Below, one piece after another: positions 1 to 11,060 of a stretch of DNA of 64,000 nt (position 1 is its first letter; each line of letters opens with the position of its first letter). The stretch comes from Mytilus californianus (taxonomy: Eukaryota), in contig NW_026262690.1 in NCBI RefSeq assembly GCF_021869535.1, positions 18,848,001 to 18,912,000 on the forward strand, written 5' to 3'. The position numbers were made by a program, and so were the translations under genes. The notes below the pieces were generated by a model. It saw nothing but the letters and a program-made list of their open reading frames with translations, did no database searches and was not told the DNA's origin.

Positions 1-99
1 TTATGCAAATCAGTCTTCTGTGTTGTCTTAAAATATTCTTAAAGTGAACATTTTATCATTCACAATTTAAAAATAGGGTGTCCCGAGTAAAAAAAATAT

Positions 100-600
100 A
101 AATCTAAACGGCTTCCGGGCAGCACAACAATGCATTTTGTAGACCGAACCCTAAGTATTTTAGCAGCATAATGAAGAAAAATCTATCAAATATCATGAAC
201 GAATTCATGGAAGTTTTTAAAATCATGTAATAAATAAGATATGTGTCAAAGCTGTGATAGAATTGACAGAAACTATGTAAAATGGCTGCAATTTGTCAAT
301 TGCTTCATTCAGGTGTTCATGTTCTCATTCATAATCTTGTTTGTTGTTGAAATGGGAAACAGGATGGCCCAAATAAGAAAATATCGATAAATTTGTTTAC
401 CCTGGAGACCAAACGATGCATTTTGTAACTAGATCGTTAAGTGATTATCACTGAATTGAAGACAAATCTATCAAATTACCATTTAAAATTCATGAATTCT
501 TAAATACATTTGAAAATCATTAAGAACTGCTGTAAAAATCTTTGATTCCATTTACATACGTGAATTTGCTTCAATTTGTTAAATGTTATTGTTTCATACA
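100..600. repeat. Two diverged ~287-bp tandem units, probably internal repeats of a TE
   Basis: ATGCATTTTGTA...AAATCTATCAAAT recurs at ~130 and ~417 with similar surrounding sequence. Confidence 0.4.
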
Positions 601-774
601 GGCAGAACATCCTATATAATGGGAGCTGGTATTTTGAGCGAAAAAAATTCAGATTAGAACCAACAGATTTTAAACAGACCTACATTGAATATGCAAATTA
701 AAGATTAAATCTTTAAAAATTATGAACTTTAACGGAGACTTTCTACAGAAAATGACGAATTTGCATATCATCAT

Positions 775-905
775 AAATGTTTTCGGAGTTGTGTTTTGTG
801 TACTGCTGTTTGTCTTATCGTCGTGTTTCGTGTTTTGCCATGGCATTGTCAGTTTGTTTTTGACTTATGAGTTTGAATATCCCTTTTGTATCTTTCGCCT
901 CATTT
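775..905 (+). repeat. Dispersed repeat family C fragment
   Basis: GCCATGGCATTGTCAGTTTGTTTTTGACTTATGAGTTTGAATATCCC...GTATCTTTCG matches, as reverse complement, 51358-51480 and 42070-42240. Confidence 0.75.
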
Positions 906-1857
906 TGTAAGGGAGAAATATAGAGCGAATGCAAGGCACACAAAAGTATTTACATATAAATATCTATAAACATTGTGGTATATTATTTAGTTGGTACTTG
1001 CATGCACTCTTTATTTGAGGGTCCAAATGATGTGTAAAAATTACCTAAATCTGTTTTTTTTTCTCTCACAGAAACACGAAGTGGGCCTTATTCGATACGT
1101 CTCAGTTGCATTTATTGTGACCTCATGATAAAACATTACTCGTTTTTAATTTTTAATTTCCTCGACTTTAAAATTTTGGAGATCCTAAAATAAAAGTTAA
1201 GATTAGGTAGGGGTTGGGTTATGACAATTGGAACATATCCTTTAAAAGATGTATTCATAAACAGTAAACACACTTGTGATGCCATCATGGCGTTTGTAAA
1301 CTTTTGAAGGCATGATTCAACTTCACCACTTGGAATTTTTGGCAGACTAAACTGTTTCTTTCGTATTCTTTATTTCAAGTTTGATAGGATAAATGCGTTC
1401 AACATAGTTTCTTATCTTTGTTATTCAGTGAGAGGACAATATCTGTACAGCGGAACGTGAATTTAAAGGATAATACTAGCTTCGTTTAATTTTTCGTAAG
1501 AAGTTCCCATATGATGTTTCCCAAAATTGTCCCAGAAACCTCTGCAGTAGTGCATGGTCTTTTTTTCCGCTTACAATAATATTTCATCAGGAATGTGACA
1601 GTTCTTGCTAATTGCTAGGGGATAATCGTGTTTGCACGGGAAAATATCTTGTCCAATGAAAATAAGTTCAGGATAACGTTTAACTCTCAAAGAAACGATA
1701 TGATATATAACCAAAAGAACACCAATAATAAACAATAGTGTAAAGAATCATTTATTTCTCGACAGAGGAAATTGAAATCAAAGCAACAGAACATACAGGG
1801 CATTATAAAGATCGTATAGCAAAACATGAAACAAGCAAAAAGCAGATAAACAAGGAA

Positions 1858-2016
1858 TAGATAATTCCAGCGGCACGCAGTAAAACGGGAATTTATTGTC
1901 TTCTCGGTAAGGTATCTCCGAGGCGTATGAATTTTTGGCGCCAGAAATTGTAGTGGTAAATGGGTAGTTATATGAGTATTACTTCTAGCCTTGCTTTCGT
2001 ACTGTGTACATCAAAT
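1858..2016 (+). repeat. Split direct repeat A1 of the Ngaro element
   Basis: 159 bp, TAGATAATTCC...GTGTACATCAAAT; 6 substitutions versus 9543-9701 by manual comparison. Confidence 0.92.
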
Positions 2017-2040
2017 TTTTCTGAGTGCCAGTTCGTCAAA

Positions 2041-2715
2041 ATGGATCCCATGGACATTGAATCTAACGTTAAACGGATAGTTGGAGAAGAAATTCAGAAG
2101 TCTCAAAATGATTTTTTAAGTAAGCTAGATGTGATTTTTACATCAAGATTGCAGGCATTCGGCAACCAACAAGAACGTTCAGAGGCACAGATGTGTAAAC
2201 TTCAAAGTGACATTTTAACGGCAGATACCTACAAATTCCAGAAAAAGAGCTGTGAAGACCAGTTCAAGTTCAACAAGAAGATGAACGCGACACTCAAGGA
2301 AGCAGAATCCTGTTTGGATCCTTCAGATGACAAGTCCGCTCACGCTAAGCAGAGAATTCGTGAAGGTATAGAACTTTTAGCTTATCGTTAAACACTAGTT
2401 AAAATGGCTGATTCGTCTGAACATGGTTGGAGAGTAGTCCAAGAGTACACTTCAAACCCACTGGCCGATGATTCGGAAGACGACAGGAAGATTATGAGGG
2501 CAACATCGCGTGCAGAAAGAAAGGCGAAGGCAGAAAAATCCAGAAAGAAGCGTCCAACTCCATATTCTAGACCTTCAACTTCAGAAGATAATGGTAACAA
2601 CAGTGGTGGCGCTAAGTCAGCTAGGAGACCAGGAGTGTGTTAAAACTGTTATAAACCAGGCCATTGGCAGTTTGAATGCCCAGAAAAGAATAAGAAGTTA
2701 AGTATATATAGTAAT
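2041..2715 (+). pseudogene. Ngaro gag-like ORF1 with zinc knuckle; two premature TAA stops (2389, 2641)
   Basis: Reads QFKFN...EGIELLAYR*TLVKMADSSEHGWRVVQEY..NPLADDSEDDRKIMRA..RA and C*NCYKPGHWQFEC, typical of Ngaro/DIRS gag. Confidence 0.85.
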
Positions 2716-2718
2716 TTA

Positions 2719-3005
2719 TTGTTATATAATGATGCTTATAGAAATAGCAGTTCTTTACGTGATTTCATTGATGAAAGTTTAACATTGAAAACTGCTCATT
2801 TAAACGAAGCTCACTTACTAGACTCCGGCAATGACAGTATTTGTTTACTCAACCGTGAGGAATGTGTAGATCAATTGTCTAGACATTTAAATACACCCAG
2901 TAGATTGATCAGTCCCGTAGGTAAACTCAGATCATCGATACACAAATGTAAACAAGCGGGGGCGACTGATTATATTTTACAGGTAATAGAAAAAGGTTGC
3001 GGTAT
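2719..3005 (+). pseudogene. N-terminal part of Ngaro RT ORF, left of the insertion
   Basis: VGKLRSSIHKCKQAGATDYILQVIEKGCGI joins in frame to PFKKLPDD.. at 6466 once the insertion and one TSD copy are removed. Confidence 0.85.
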
Positions 3006-3776
3006 CACTGTGTCTAAACTACCCCGGCAAAAAATGTTTGGACTCGATAGTATCTAATGTCCGGCACGGTGACGGACAATCAACACACAGAGAAAAGGTA
3101 AAATTTCTGATTATTTATTTGTTTTTCAATGACATTGAAGAATAAACATACACATATAACTATTTTCGATTGTGTGATGTAATATTTTCTACAACCGATC
3201 TAGATTAATGGAGAAATAAGTAAAAAGGCACATGAAAATGGTGAATTGAGTGAACCTTGCTACGAATTTGAATAATTTCTTTTTAAATTGTGCACCTCGT
3301 ACGGAAAGAAAAGTACGGAAATAAAGATATTAACACAGAGATTGCATGGCTAGTCACTATGAGCACCTCAATATTTGCATTTCTGTGCATGGAACGAAAG
3401 AAATGGGTCATGTTAAAATGGAAGGACCCTGTTTCGTCAATGTTGTTTATTACTTAAGGACTCGGTTTTGTCTCAGTATAGGACCCGGTTTTGTTTTGTT
3501 TTGAAACCACAAATTTATGAAAAGCTACGTTAACACGGATCTGAACATTGCCCATCGGAAGAAATTAAATATGTGAGTTAAAAAGATGTTATAAAGATGT
3601 TATTGTAATACAAACATGTCGTGTTAAAATATATTTCAAACGGGAACTTTTCGAAATAGGGAGTAGACATTTTTGAATGCTATACGTATACCTTATTGAA
3701 CTTATCTTCAAACTAAATTTAAATGGAAATAAATACTTTATAGCATGTACTTACATTAATTCCTTATGATATAAAA

Positions 3777-4205
3777 AAGAAGATGTGATGTGATTGCCAA
3801 TGAGACAGCTCTTCACAAGAGACCAAATGACACAGAAATTAACAACTATAGGTCACCGTACGGCCTTCAACAATGAGCAAAGCCCATACCGCATAGTCAG
3901 CTATAAAAGGCCCCGAATTGACATTTGTAAAACAATTCAAACGAGGAAACTAACGGTTTAAATTATGTACAAAAAAATGAACGAAAAACAAATATGTAAC
4001 ACAGCAACAAACGACAACCACTGAATTACAGGCTCCTGACTTAGGACAGGTACATATATATGGAATATGGCGGGGTTAAACATGTTAGCGGGATCCCAAC
4101 CCTCCCCCTTACCTGGGAAATTGGTGTAGCAGTACAACATAAGAACGAACTATAAAAATCAGTTGAAAAAGGCTTAACTCATCAGATTGATACAAATAGA
4201 AATAC
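3777..4205 (-). repeat. High-copy repeat family A (probable Penelope-like 3' tail)
   Basis: AAGAAGATGTG..ATTGCCAATGAGACA...GGCTTAACTCATCAG; close copies at 24039, 52380, 55577 and 56630-57045. Confidence 0.85.
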
Positions 4206-4935
4206 ATCTCACAAATATTTGTTTATTTTCTATACTACTGTAATGATGTAAAAATAAGAAGATGTGGAATGATTGTGTTACCATATCAATTTATCAAAAG
4301 AGTAAGGATAGTATGCTTTACTATACTATACGCTATGTTTACAATATATTTACTCATTCGTTCATCCATTGACGGACAGTGAGAGAAAAAGCTCCGTTTT
4401 GAAGGCCGTACTTTGACATTTTTATTTATTTCCATTTAAATTTAGTTCGAAGATAAGTTCAATAAGGTATACGTATATAATATTCAATGGTTTACTTTTA
4501 CAAATTTTGACTTGGATGGAGAGTTGTCTCATTGGCACTCATACCACATTTTCTTATATCTATTAGAACGTTTTGGATATCTCAAATCAAATGATTGCCT
4601 TTCGAACGTGTACTTTATGTCCGCTTCAAAATACACAAGTTCTAAACTTCCCTATAGCTATTACAAACGAAATACTTATATCATGCCATGCTCTACGCTC
4701 ATTTTAACATGGGTAGGTAGGCATTATATTTGTCAATATTTTATACCTTGCTAACGCTTGGTTTAAAAATTTTAACAAATATAATGCCTACCTAAGTATG
4801 TTAAAATGAGCATTGAGCATTGCATGAGAGAATTATTTCTTTTTATAAAAAAAAGTTGGGTTGCAACATTATAACGTCCAATATCTTCGTCTTCGTAGAA
4901 CAACCTAAGTGGCAATTTAGCCCGTGAAAAATGAC

Positions 4936-5330
4936 AATTAGACAGCTTTCCACCAGAGACCAAATGACGTAAAAGTTAACAAATATAGAACTCCGTATGG
5001 CATCCAACAATGAGAAACACCCATACGGCATAGCAAGCTAAAAAAAAGGCCCCGAAATGAAAACTGTGAAAAAAAAAAACTAATGTGAAAACTAACGACC
5101 TGATTTATGTACAAAATAAAAAACGAAAAACAAATACATGTATGATATACAGCAACAAAAGACAACCACCGATTTACAGGCTCCTGGATTTGGTACTGGC
5201 ACATACAGAATTGCGGGGTTGAACGTGTAAGCGCCCCCCCCCCCCCCAAAAAAAAACAAACAAGACAAAAACTGGTATAACAGCACAGCATATGAAAAAA
5301 AATTCAGTGAGTTGAAAAAGGCTTAACTCC
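4936..5330 (-). repeat. Repeat family A, diverged copy
   Basis: Same motifs as 3777-4205 (CAACAATGAG..CCCATAC, GGCTCCTG, AAAAGGCTTAACTC). Confidence 0.8.
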
Positions 5331-5433
5331 TTCGATTACAGAGACCCTATAGTAAATATGCGATTGGCGGCTATCTCTGTATTTTCGTCTTTTATTAAAT
5401 TTTATGATGGTATACGATATAGTTACATTATAT

Positions 5434-5648
5434 CAGTGGCGGATCCAGGGGTAGAGGGAGTACGCCGACCCCTCCCCCCCTTTTCGGTGGCTAGAAATAA
5501 TTATTTTATCATGTTTTTTACGATTTATATATGATTTTTTTTTACCACAAAATCGTTTAAAAAAAGTTCCCCTTGCTACGCTCGGCGGTATAAAATCCGT
5601 TTATGAATACGCCCCTTTCAAAAATCATGACCTCGGTCCGCCATCTTG
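5434..5648. mobile_element. Possible small MITE with CAGTGGCGGATCCAG terminus
   Basis: Left end CAGTGGCGGATCCAGGGG; only a degenerate right end (GGTCCGCCATCTTG); no TSD found. Confidence 0.35.
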
Positions 5649-6465
5649 TTGTCCCAGAAAATCACATATCAAATGTGCGTCCTTAAGTTTTCAAGGCCGT
5701 ACACTATTTAAGTTTGAACACTCAAATTTACATATAAAAAAATCTAATTGCGTTACAAAACCTTCATTTCTTTTTAATTTTTCCTTTTTTTTTTATACAC
5801 AAAACAAAATTGAAATTTGCTTTGTTCTAATATAGCAGGAATTCAAGTGTTTACGGATTCATAAAAGTTATAAGTTTTCCTCTGAAAGAAAATATTTTTC
5901 AACGATCCCTCAAACTTCTGTTGAACGCCATATTTTAATTTTCGTCATGCGATAATGCATTATTTTTTCTATGACAAAACCCGGTCTGTTTTGTGAAATT
6001 TAAGGACAAAACCAGGTCGTACACATTGAAACAACCGGGTGTTTCAATTTTGACATGACCCACTTCTTTCATTCCATGCACAGACATGCAAATATTGAGG
6101 TGTTCATAGTGACAAGTCTTGAAATCACCGATTTAATATCTTTCTTTCCGTACCTTTCTTTCCGTACAATGTGCTCAATTTAAAGGGAAAGTAAACAAAT
6201 TCGAGGCAGGGTTCACTCAATTCACCATTTTGATGTGCCTTTTTACTTATTTCTCCATAAATCTAGAACGGTTGTAGAAAATATTACATCACACTATCGA
6301 AAATAGTTATATGTGTATGTATATTCTTCAATATCATTAAAACAACATATAAATAAACAGAATTTCTACCTTTCTCTGTCTGTTGATTGTCCGTCACCGT
6401 ACAGGACATTAGATACTATTGAGTCCAACCATTTTTCGCCGGGGTAGTTTAGACACAGTGGGTAT

Positions 6466-7905
6466 ACCTTTTAAAAAACTTCCAGATGATGTTTTTTTGG
6501 GTAATAACAAATCTTCGAGAGACAATGGGGATTTTGTTGAAAGCGAGATATCTAAACTATTAGAAAAAGGTTGTATTTCAAAGGTTGATAATAAACCATA
6601 CGTTATTAATCCGCTTACGGTAGCTTTTAATAGATCACAAAAGCCAAGATTAGTGTTAGATTGCAGGCACATTAACAGTTGCATACACCAATTTAAATTT
6701 AAATTTGAAGATGCATCCGTGGCAAGAGAATTATTTGAAAAGGGAGATTTCATCATATTGAAATAAGAGAGGAGCACAAGCAATATTTAGGTTTTAGTTG
6801 GGTTATTGACGGAGATGTTAACTATTTTGTTTTCAATGTTCTCCCTTTTGGTATTGCAAGTGCAGGACATATTTTCACAAAGGTTTTGAAAGAGGTGGTT
6901 AAGTACTGGAGAAACCAGGGATAGAAGATAATTATGTATCTTGATGACGGTTTGGGTGGAGCTTGTGATTTAGCTTCTTCTAAAAGAGCTAGTGATTGTA
7001 TCAGAAAGAGTTTGTCTGATTTTGGTTTTCTTTTAGCTGAGTATAAATGTATTTGGTATCCACAACAAAACTTGATATTTAGGCAAAATTCAGATTACTC
7101 AAGAGCGAGTGGAAAGGTTGTTATTAAGTATTGTAAAAAACTTGACGGTGTTAGTAAAGGGAAAATATTATACAGAGCAAAAGTAGTTGCTTGCATTATC
7201 GGACAAATCATTTCAATGCAAGTTGTTTTTTGAAGTCTGGTAAGATTAAGGACAAGGGAATTATACCATTGCATAGTTCTGAGAGCCAGTTGGAAGTCAC
7301 TGGTTGCCTTGACAGCTCCAGCTGTTGGTGAGCTTAGATTTTGGTCAAATTCAGTAAGTGATCTGAATGAGATGGGTGTGAATCTGCATGAGTCAGATTT
7401 ATATGATCTTAAGGCTTATACGGATGCCTCAGAGATTGGTTTCGGGGGATTTGTAGTCCCTGCTGTTGATAGCAATAGTGCTGAGTCGGTCTGTGACTCG
7501 GGCGACGTGCAGATGAACTGTAGTCTGATAACGCCCAGTAATAGTTTGCACACTGTAGTGGGTAGTTGAGCAGATCATGAGAGGACCAAGAGTTCTACAT
7601 GGCGTGAACTCGAGGCAGTCAATAGAACAGTTAAAAGTTCTCTGTACTTGCTTAAAAACCAGGCATTGCAAATCAATACAGATAATAAAAATGTAACTAG
7701 TATAGTGAAAAACGGGAGTAGAAAAACAGATCTTCAAGTTTTAGCTTGTGAATTGCACACATTATACCTTGAAAATAATTGTACAATTACGACACAATGG
7801 ATACCAAGAGACCAAAATAAAGTGGCAGACAGTCTGAGTAGATACTCTGATTGTGATGACTGGGGTATCAGTACTAAAGTTTTTAATAGCTTAGATATAA
7901 TATAG
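6466..7905 (+). pseudogene. Ngaro reverse transcriptase / RNase H, disrupted
   Basis: Motifs NPLTVA..KPRLVLDCRHIN, FNVLPFG, MYLDDG, YTDASEIGFGG, SSTWRELEAV, NTDNKNV, QWIPRDQNKVADSLSR. A deletion near 6750 removes the DLK..Y motif; several stops and frameshifts. Confidence 0.9.
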
Positions 7906-8299
7906 GGTAGTCATACCGTGGACAGATTTGCCACAGACTATAACACTAAATGTACAAGATTTAATTCTAAATTTTGGTGTAATTGTACAGAGGCAGTTTG
8001 CTTTTAAACAAAATTGGAAAGGCGAAAACAATTGGGTCGTTCCACCGCCTAATTTGGTTTGTAAAGTTATTAGAAAATTTTTGGAAGATGAAGCAAACGG
8101 TACTTTGGTAGTTCCTCTTTGGAAATCTGCACCTTATTGGGTGTTATTGTGTGAATCAAACGGGAATCTTAAACGTTTTATAAGCAACAAAAAATTCATG
8201 ACAGAAGAAAATTCTGTTATTACAGGGAGAGGTAATAATGGTTTATTTGGGATACAAGGAACATTAACTATGATTGCATTTAAAATAAGATTTGATTGA
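7906..8299 (+). pseudogene. DIRS-type DNA N6-adenine methyltransferase-like domain
   Basis: HTVDRFATDYNTKCTRFNS then, after a frameshift, AFKQNWKGENNWVVPPPNLVCKVI..GTLVVPLWKSAPYW; lies between RNase H and YR as in DIRS/Ngaro elements. Confidence 0.75.
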
Positions 8300-9334
8300 T
8301 GTGTTTTTTTATATTTGGAACAGACTTAAACATTGAGCAGTTTGTGCATGAAGCTGTTGAGGACAGTAGAATTGAAGAGGGACAACCGTTACATAATTTA
8401 GTGAAGAGTTTTTCTACACGGTTACTAGATGCCAGAAGTGAAAGTACTGATAAAAAATATTATTACGGTTTTATGAAATGGAAAAGATTTTGTATAGAAC
8501 ATAGTTTGCTTTCTTTGCCAGCATCTCCAATTCATGTAGCTTTATATTTCGTACATTTATTAGATAACGGTGGTACATTTTGTACTATTAACACTGCTTT
8601 TTACTCTATTAAGTGGACTCACGAAATTTGTGGTCAGTTAGACCAAACTAGCAACACATTTGTGCAAAATTTACTTGAGTCTGCTAAGCGAACTTTCAAA
8701 ACCCCTGTCAACAAGAAAGATCCAGTGTCTAAAGATATTTTAATTGATATATGTAGTATGTTTCAATATTCTAACGATCTAACAGTTGTACGAGATCTTG
8801 TGATGATTTTGTTAAGTTTTAGTACTTTACTACGTTTTAGTGAATTGAGTCAATTGAAATGCAATGATGTCACAATTAAAGAAGGTTATTTGGTAGTTAA
8901 AATTAGGAAGAGTAAAACTGACCAGTACAGAGATGGAGATGAGGTGTTGGTATCCAAGGGGCAGTCTTTAGCTTGTCCTTATTCTATGTTTTTAAGATAT
9001 CTTGATTTGGCGAAAATTGAAATATCCACAGACATGTATTTTTTTCGTCCTTTGTACAGGTCTAAAGATAAATGTGGTTTGATTAAAGTTAATAGGCCTA
9101 TAAGTTATACTACTGCAAGAGAATGTATGATAAAGCGTTTGAAATTGATCACTCCAGAGCTTAACCTCGGTTTGCATTCTTTAAGGTCAGGAGGTGCCAC
9201 TTTGGCAGCTAATTCAGGTGTTAATGATAGGTGTTGGAAAAGACGGAAGGTGGAAGAATGATTCCAGTAAAGATGGTTATGTAGCAGATTCTGTTGCTAA
9301 CCGATTACAAGTTTCAGAGCATTTGGGTTTATAA
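8296..9334 (+). pseudogene. Tyrosine recombinase of the Ngaro element; 2-nt deletion near 9243
   Basis: LLRFSEL, KSKTDQ, LGLHSLRSGGAT. The C-terminus (GRWKNDSSKDGYVADSVANRLQVSEHLGL*) continues in another frame, so the His of the HGRW motif is lost. Confidence 0.92.
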
Positions 9335-9456
9335 ATTTTCATTTTGTTCAAGTTTTTTTTCCGCTGTTTAGTTGTCATTTACTTGTAGTTTGTTTCATAC
9401 ATTACTGTGATTAAACAATTTATCAGTTTTTCTTTATACTCTATCTTTGTTGTTCT

Positions 9457-9542
9457 ATATAAGCAGCGATCTAGTCAACAAACTTAAGTTTGTAGTTGAG
9501 TTATTTTTCTTAGATGCTAAGGTACATAAGTATAGAGAAGAC
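9457..9542 (+). repeat. Split direct repeat B1
   Basis: ATATAAGCAGCGA...TATAGAGAAGAC, repeated at 10118-10198; abuts A2 directly. Confidence 0.9.
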
Positions 9543-9701
9543 TAGATAATTCCCGCGGCACGCAGTAAAACGGGAATTTATTGTCTTCTCGGTAAGGTAT
9601 TTCCGAGGCGTATGAACTTTTGGCGCCAAAAATTGTAGTGGTAAATGGGTAGTTATATGAGTATTTCTTCTAGCCTTGCTTTCGTAGTGTGTACATCAAA
9701 T
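9543..9701 (+). repeat. Split direct repeat A2
   Basis: About 96% identical to 1858-2016. Confidence 0.92.
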
Positions 9702-10117
9702 CTTTTATAAGCATAAAGAATGCTCAATTTGACAATATTTTATGGTCTTGTATATATTTTTTTTATATAGATGGTATGGCTATATAACCGTAATCGGATT
9801 TGGATTATGTAATTTGTCTTCAAAATTTTTTATAGCCGTAGTCTTAGGACTAATACTCCCTTTATTTAGTGAGATTGAGCATTTTTTGTACTTGCCCATA
9901 TTTTTTTTTTTAAAGTGTGGTCCTACACTTGAGTTTCGCATGGCATTGACACAAGGACGCAGGTTTCCAAATTTGGTTTTTCCTGATCGGCCACGAAACA
10001 GTATTTTGTGTGTTTTGAATATTGATAATTTGGAAGATGATGGCAAATAGTATTTTGTATATATGTTATGTTGTTATAATATTGCTGTATTGTAATAAAA
10101 GCGGCAGCTCAGAAAAG

Positions 10118-10198
10118 ATATAAGCAGCGAGCTAGTCAACAAAGTCTGTAGTTGAGTTATTTTTCTTTGATGCTAAGGTACATAAGTATAGAGAAGAC
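10118..10198 (+). repeat. Split direct repeat B2, 3' end of the Ngaro element
   Basis: Copy of 9457-9542 with a small indel. Confidence 0.9.
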
Positions 10199-11060
10199 CG
10201 AATGATTCGTTTTATTAGAATTGATTGAATAAGTATTTCTAATTTTGATCAGTCGCGACAATTTCAGAAAAAACTTATAGGTTACTCATCAACTTGTATA
10301 CTATTGGTATTTTTATCCTCAGTTTTGTAGTATAGTCGTGTATTTCAAATTAGGAAATTTTATACACCTCCTCTAATAGTTTTCAATTTGAATCCATTGA
10401 AATTCGTTGTTTTCTTCAAGGTTACATTTAAGTTATAAGTGTGTTCGTCATATGATGGAGTGTCTCTAATCATGACCTGCTTGTTTATGCATTTTTTTAT
10501 TTGAATTATTGGTAAATCTGTCAAAGTGATATTTATTTTTACAACACTATTGCTAAATATCTATTATTTAAATAGTTATTTCATATAGCGTTTTGTTTTG
10601 AGCTAGACATGACATAAATATTTTTGAAAAGAAAGGTTAAATTGAATTCTACGTTCTTAACAATATGCAAATACATACTTCGAAATTCTTTTCGCATTTA
10701 TTTCGTTTGTTATTTATGTTGGTGTTTGCTTTTTGTACAATTTGTTCTTTATTGCATTTAAGTTATGTACTTACTGTTGGCTTTGTATGCCTCTTCAGTA
10801 ATACTGCAGATCAAAGCATTAAGGAATACGAAGCTTTTTTTTCATCATTTAAAAACTTGAAATACAAAAAGTCAATAGAGCCAAACTAGTTTGTGTGTTG
10901 AGACCTATGCATGAGGAAATAATGTTATTTGATTAGTTATCTGATGAACTTCGCAAAAATTAAAAATTGATAGAAATTAAAATATGATTGTAATAACTAT
11001 CGCGCATTGTAATAGTGAAATCTAAAGGTATATATCTTCAAGTAGTCCTTCACTGTTTTT

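Larger units (their letters stand above)
3006..6460. mobile_element. Non-autonomous DNA transposon with long TIRs, Transib/RAG-like termini and 5-bp TSD
   Basis: GGTAT at 3001-3005 and 6461-6465. Ends are CACTGTGTCTAAACTACCCCGGC and its exact reverse complement. Inverted similarity covers ~3006-3420 versus ~6047-6460. No transposase ORF inside. The insertion itself is clear; the superfamily is inferred from termini and TSD length. Confidence 0.85.
1858..10198 (+). mobile_element. Ngaro-type (DIRS order) tyrosine-recombinase retrotransposon, inactive, interrupted by a nested DNA transposon
   Basis: Split direct repeats A1 1858-2016, B1 9457-9542, A2 9543-9701, B2 10118-10198. Gag with CCHC knuckle, RT/RNaseH, adenine-methyltransferase-like domain and YR occur in the expected order. 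No TSD, as expected for YR elements. Confidence 0.93.

Noticed and set aside
3958-4140. Recurrent short hydrophobic ORFs (WLSFVAV.HICFS), also at 4938, 24211 and 56765
   Set aside because: All derive from repeat family A; frames are inconsistent between copies.
3006-6460. CACTA/EnSpm or Chapaev assignment for the nested insertion
   Set aside because: The TSD is clearly 5 bp, confirmed by reading-frame restoration; those groups make 2-4-bp TSDs.
6409-6783. 124-aa minus-strand ORF
   Set aside because: Antisense shadow of the RT plus TIR sequence; it shares its end with the 2719-3057 ORF tail only because of the inverted repeat.
8296-9334. Prophage or integron integrase
   Set aside because: It lies downstream of gag/RT/RNaseH within split direct repeats, so it is a retrotransposon YR.
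9742-10050. Extra ORF in the A2-B2 spacer of the Ngaro element
   Set aside because: Low-complexity hydrophobic translation with no motif and an equally long antisense ORF.
10760-10800. Possible minus-strand micro-exon (CTGCAG...CA/GTAAGT)
   Set aside because: Only splice-like dinucleotide context; no supporting neighbouring exons or homology.
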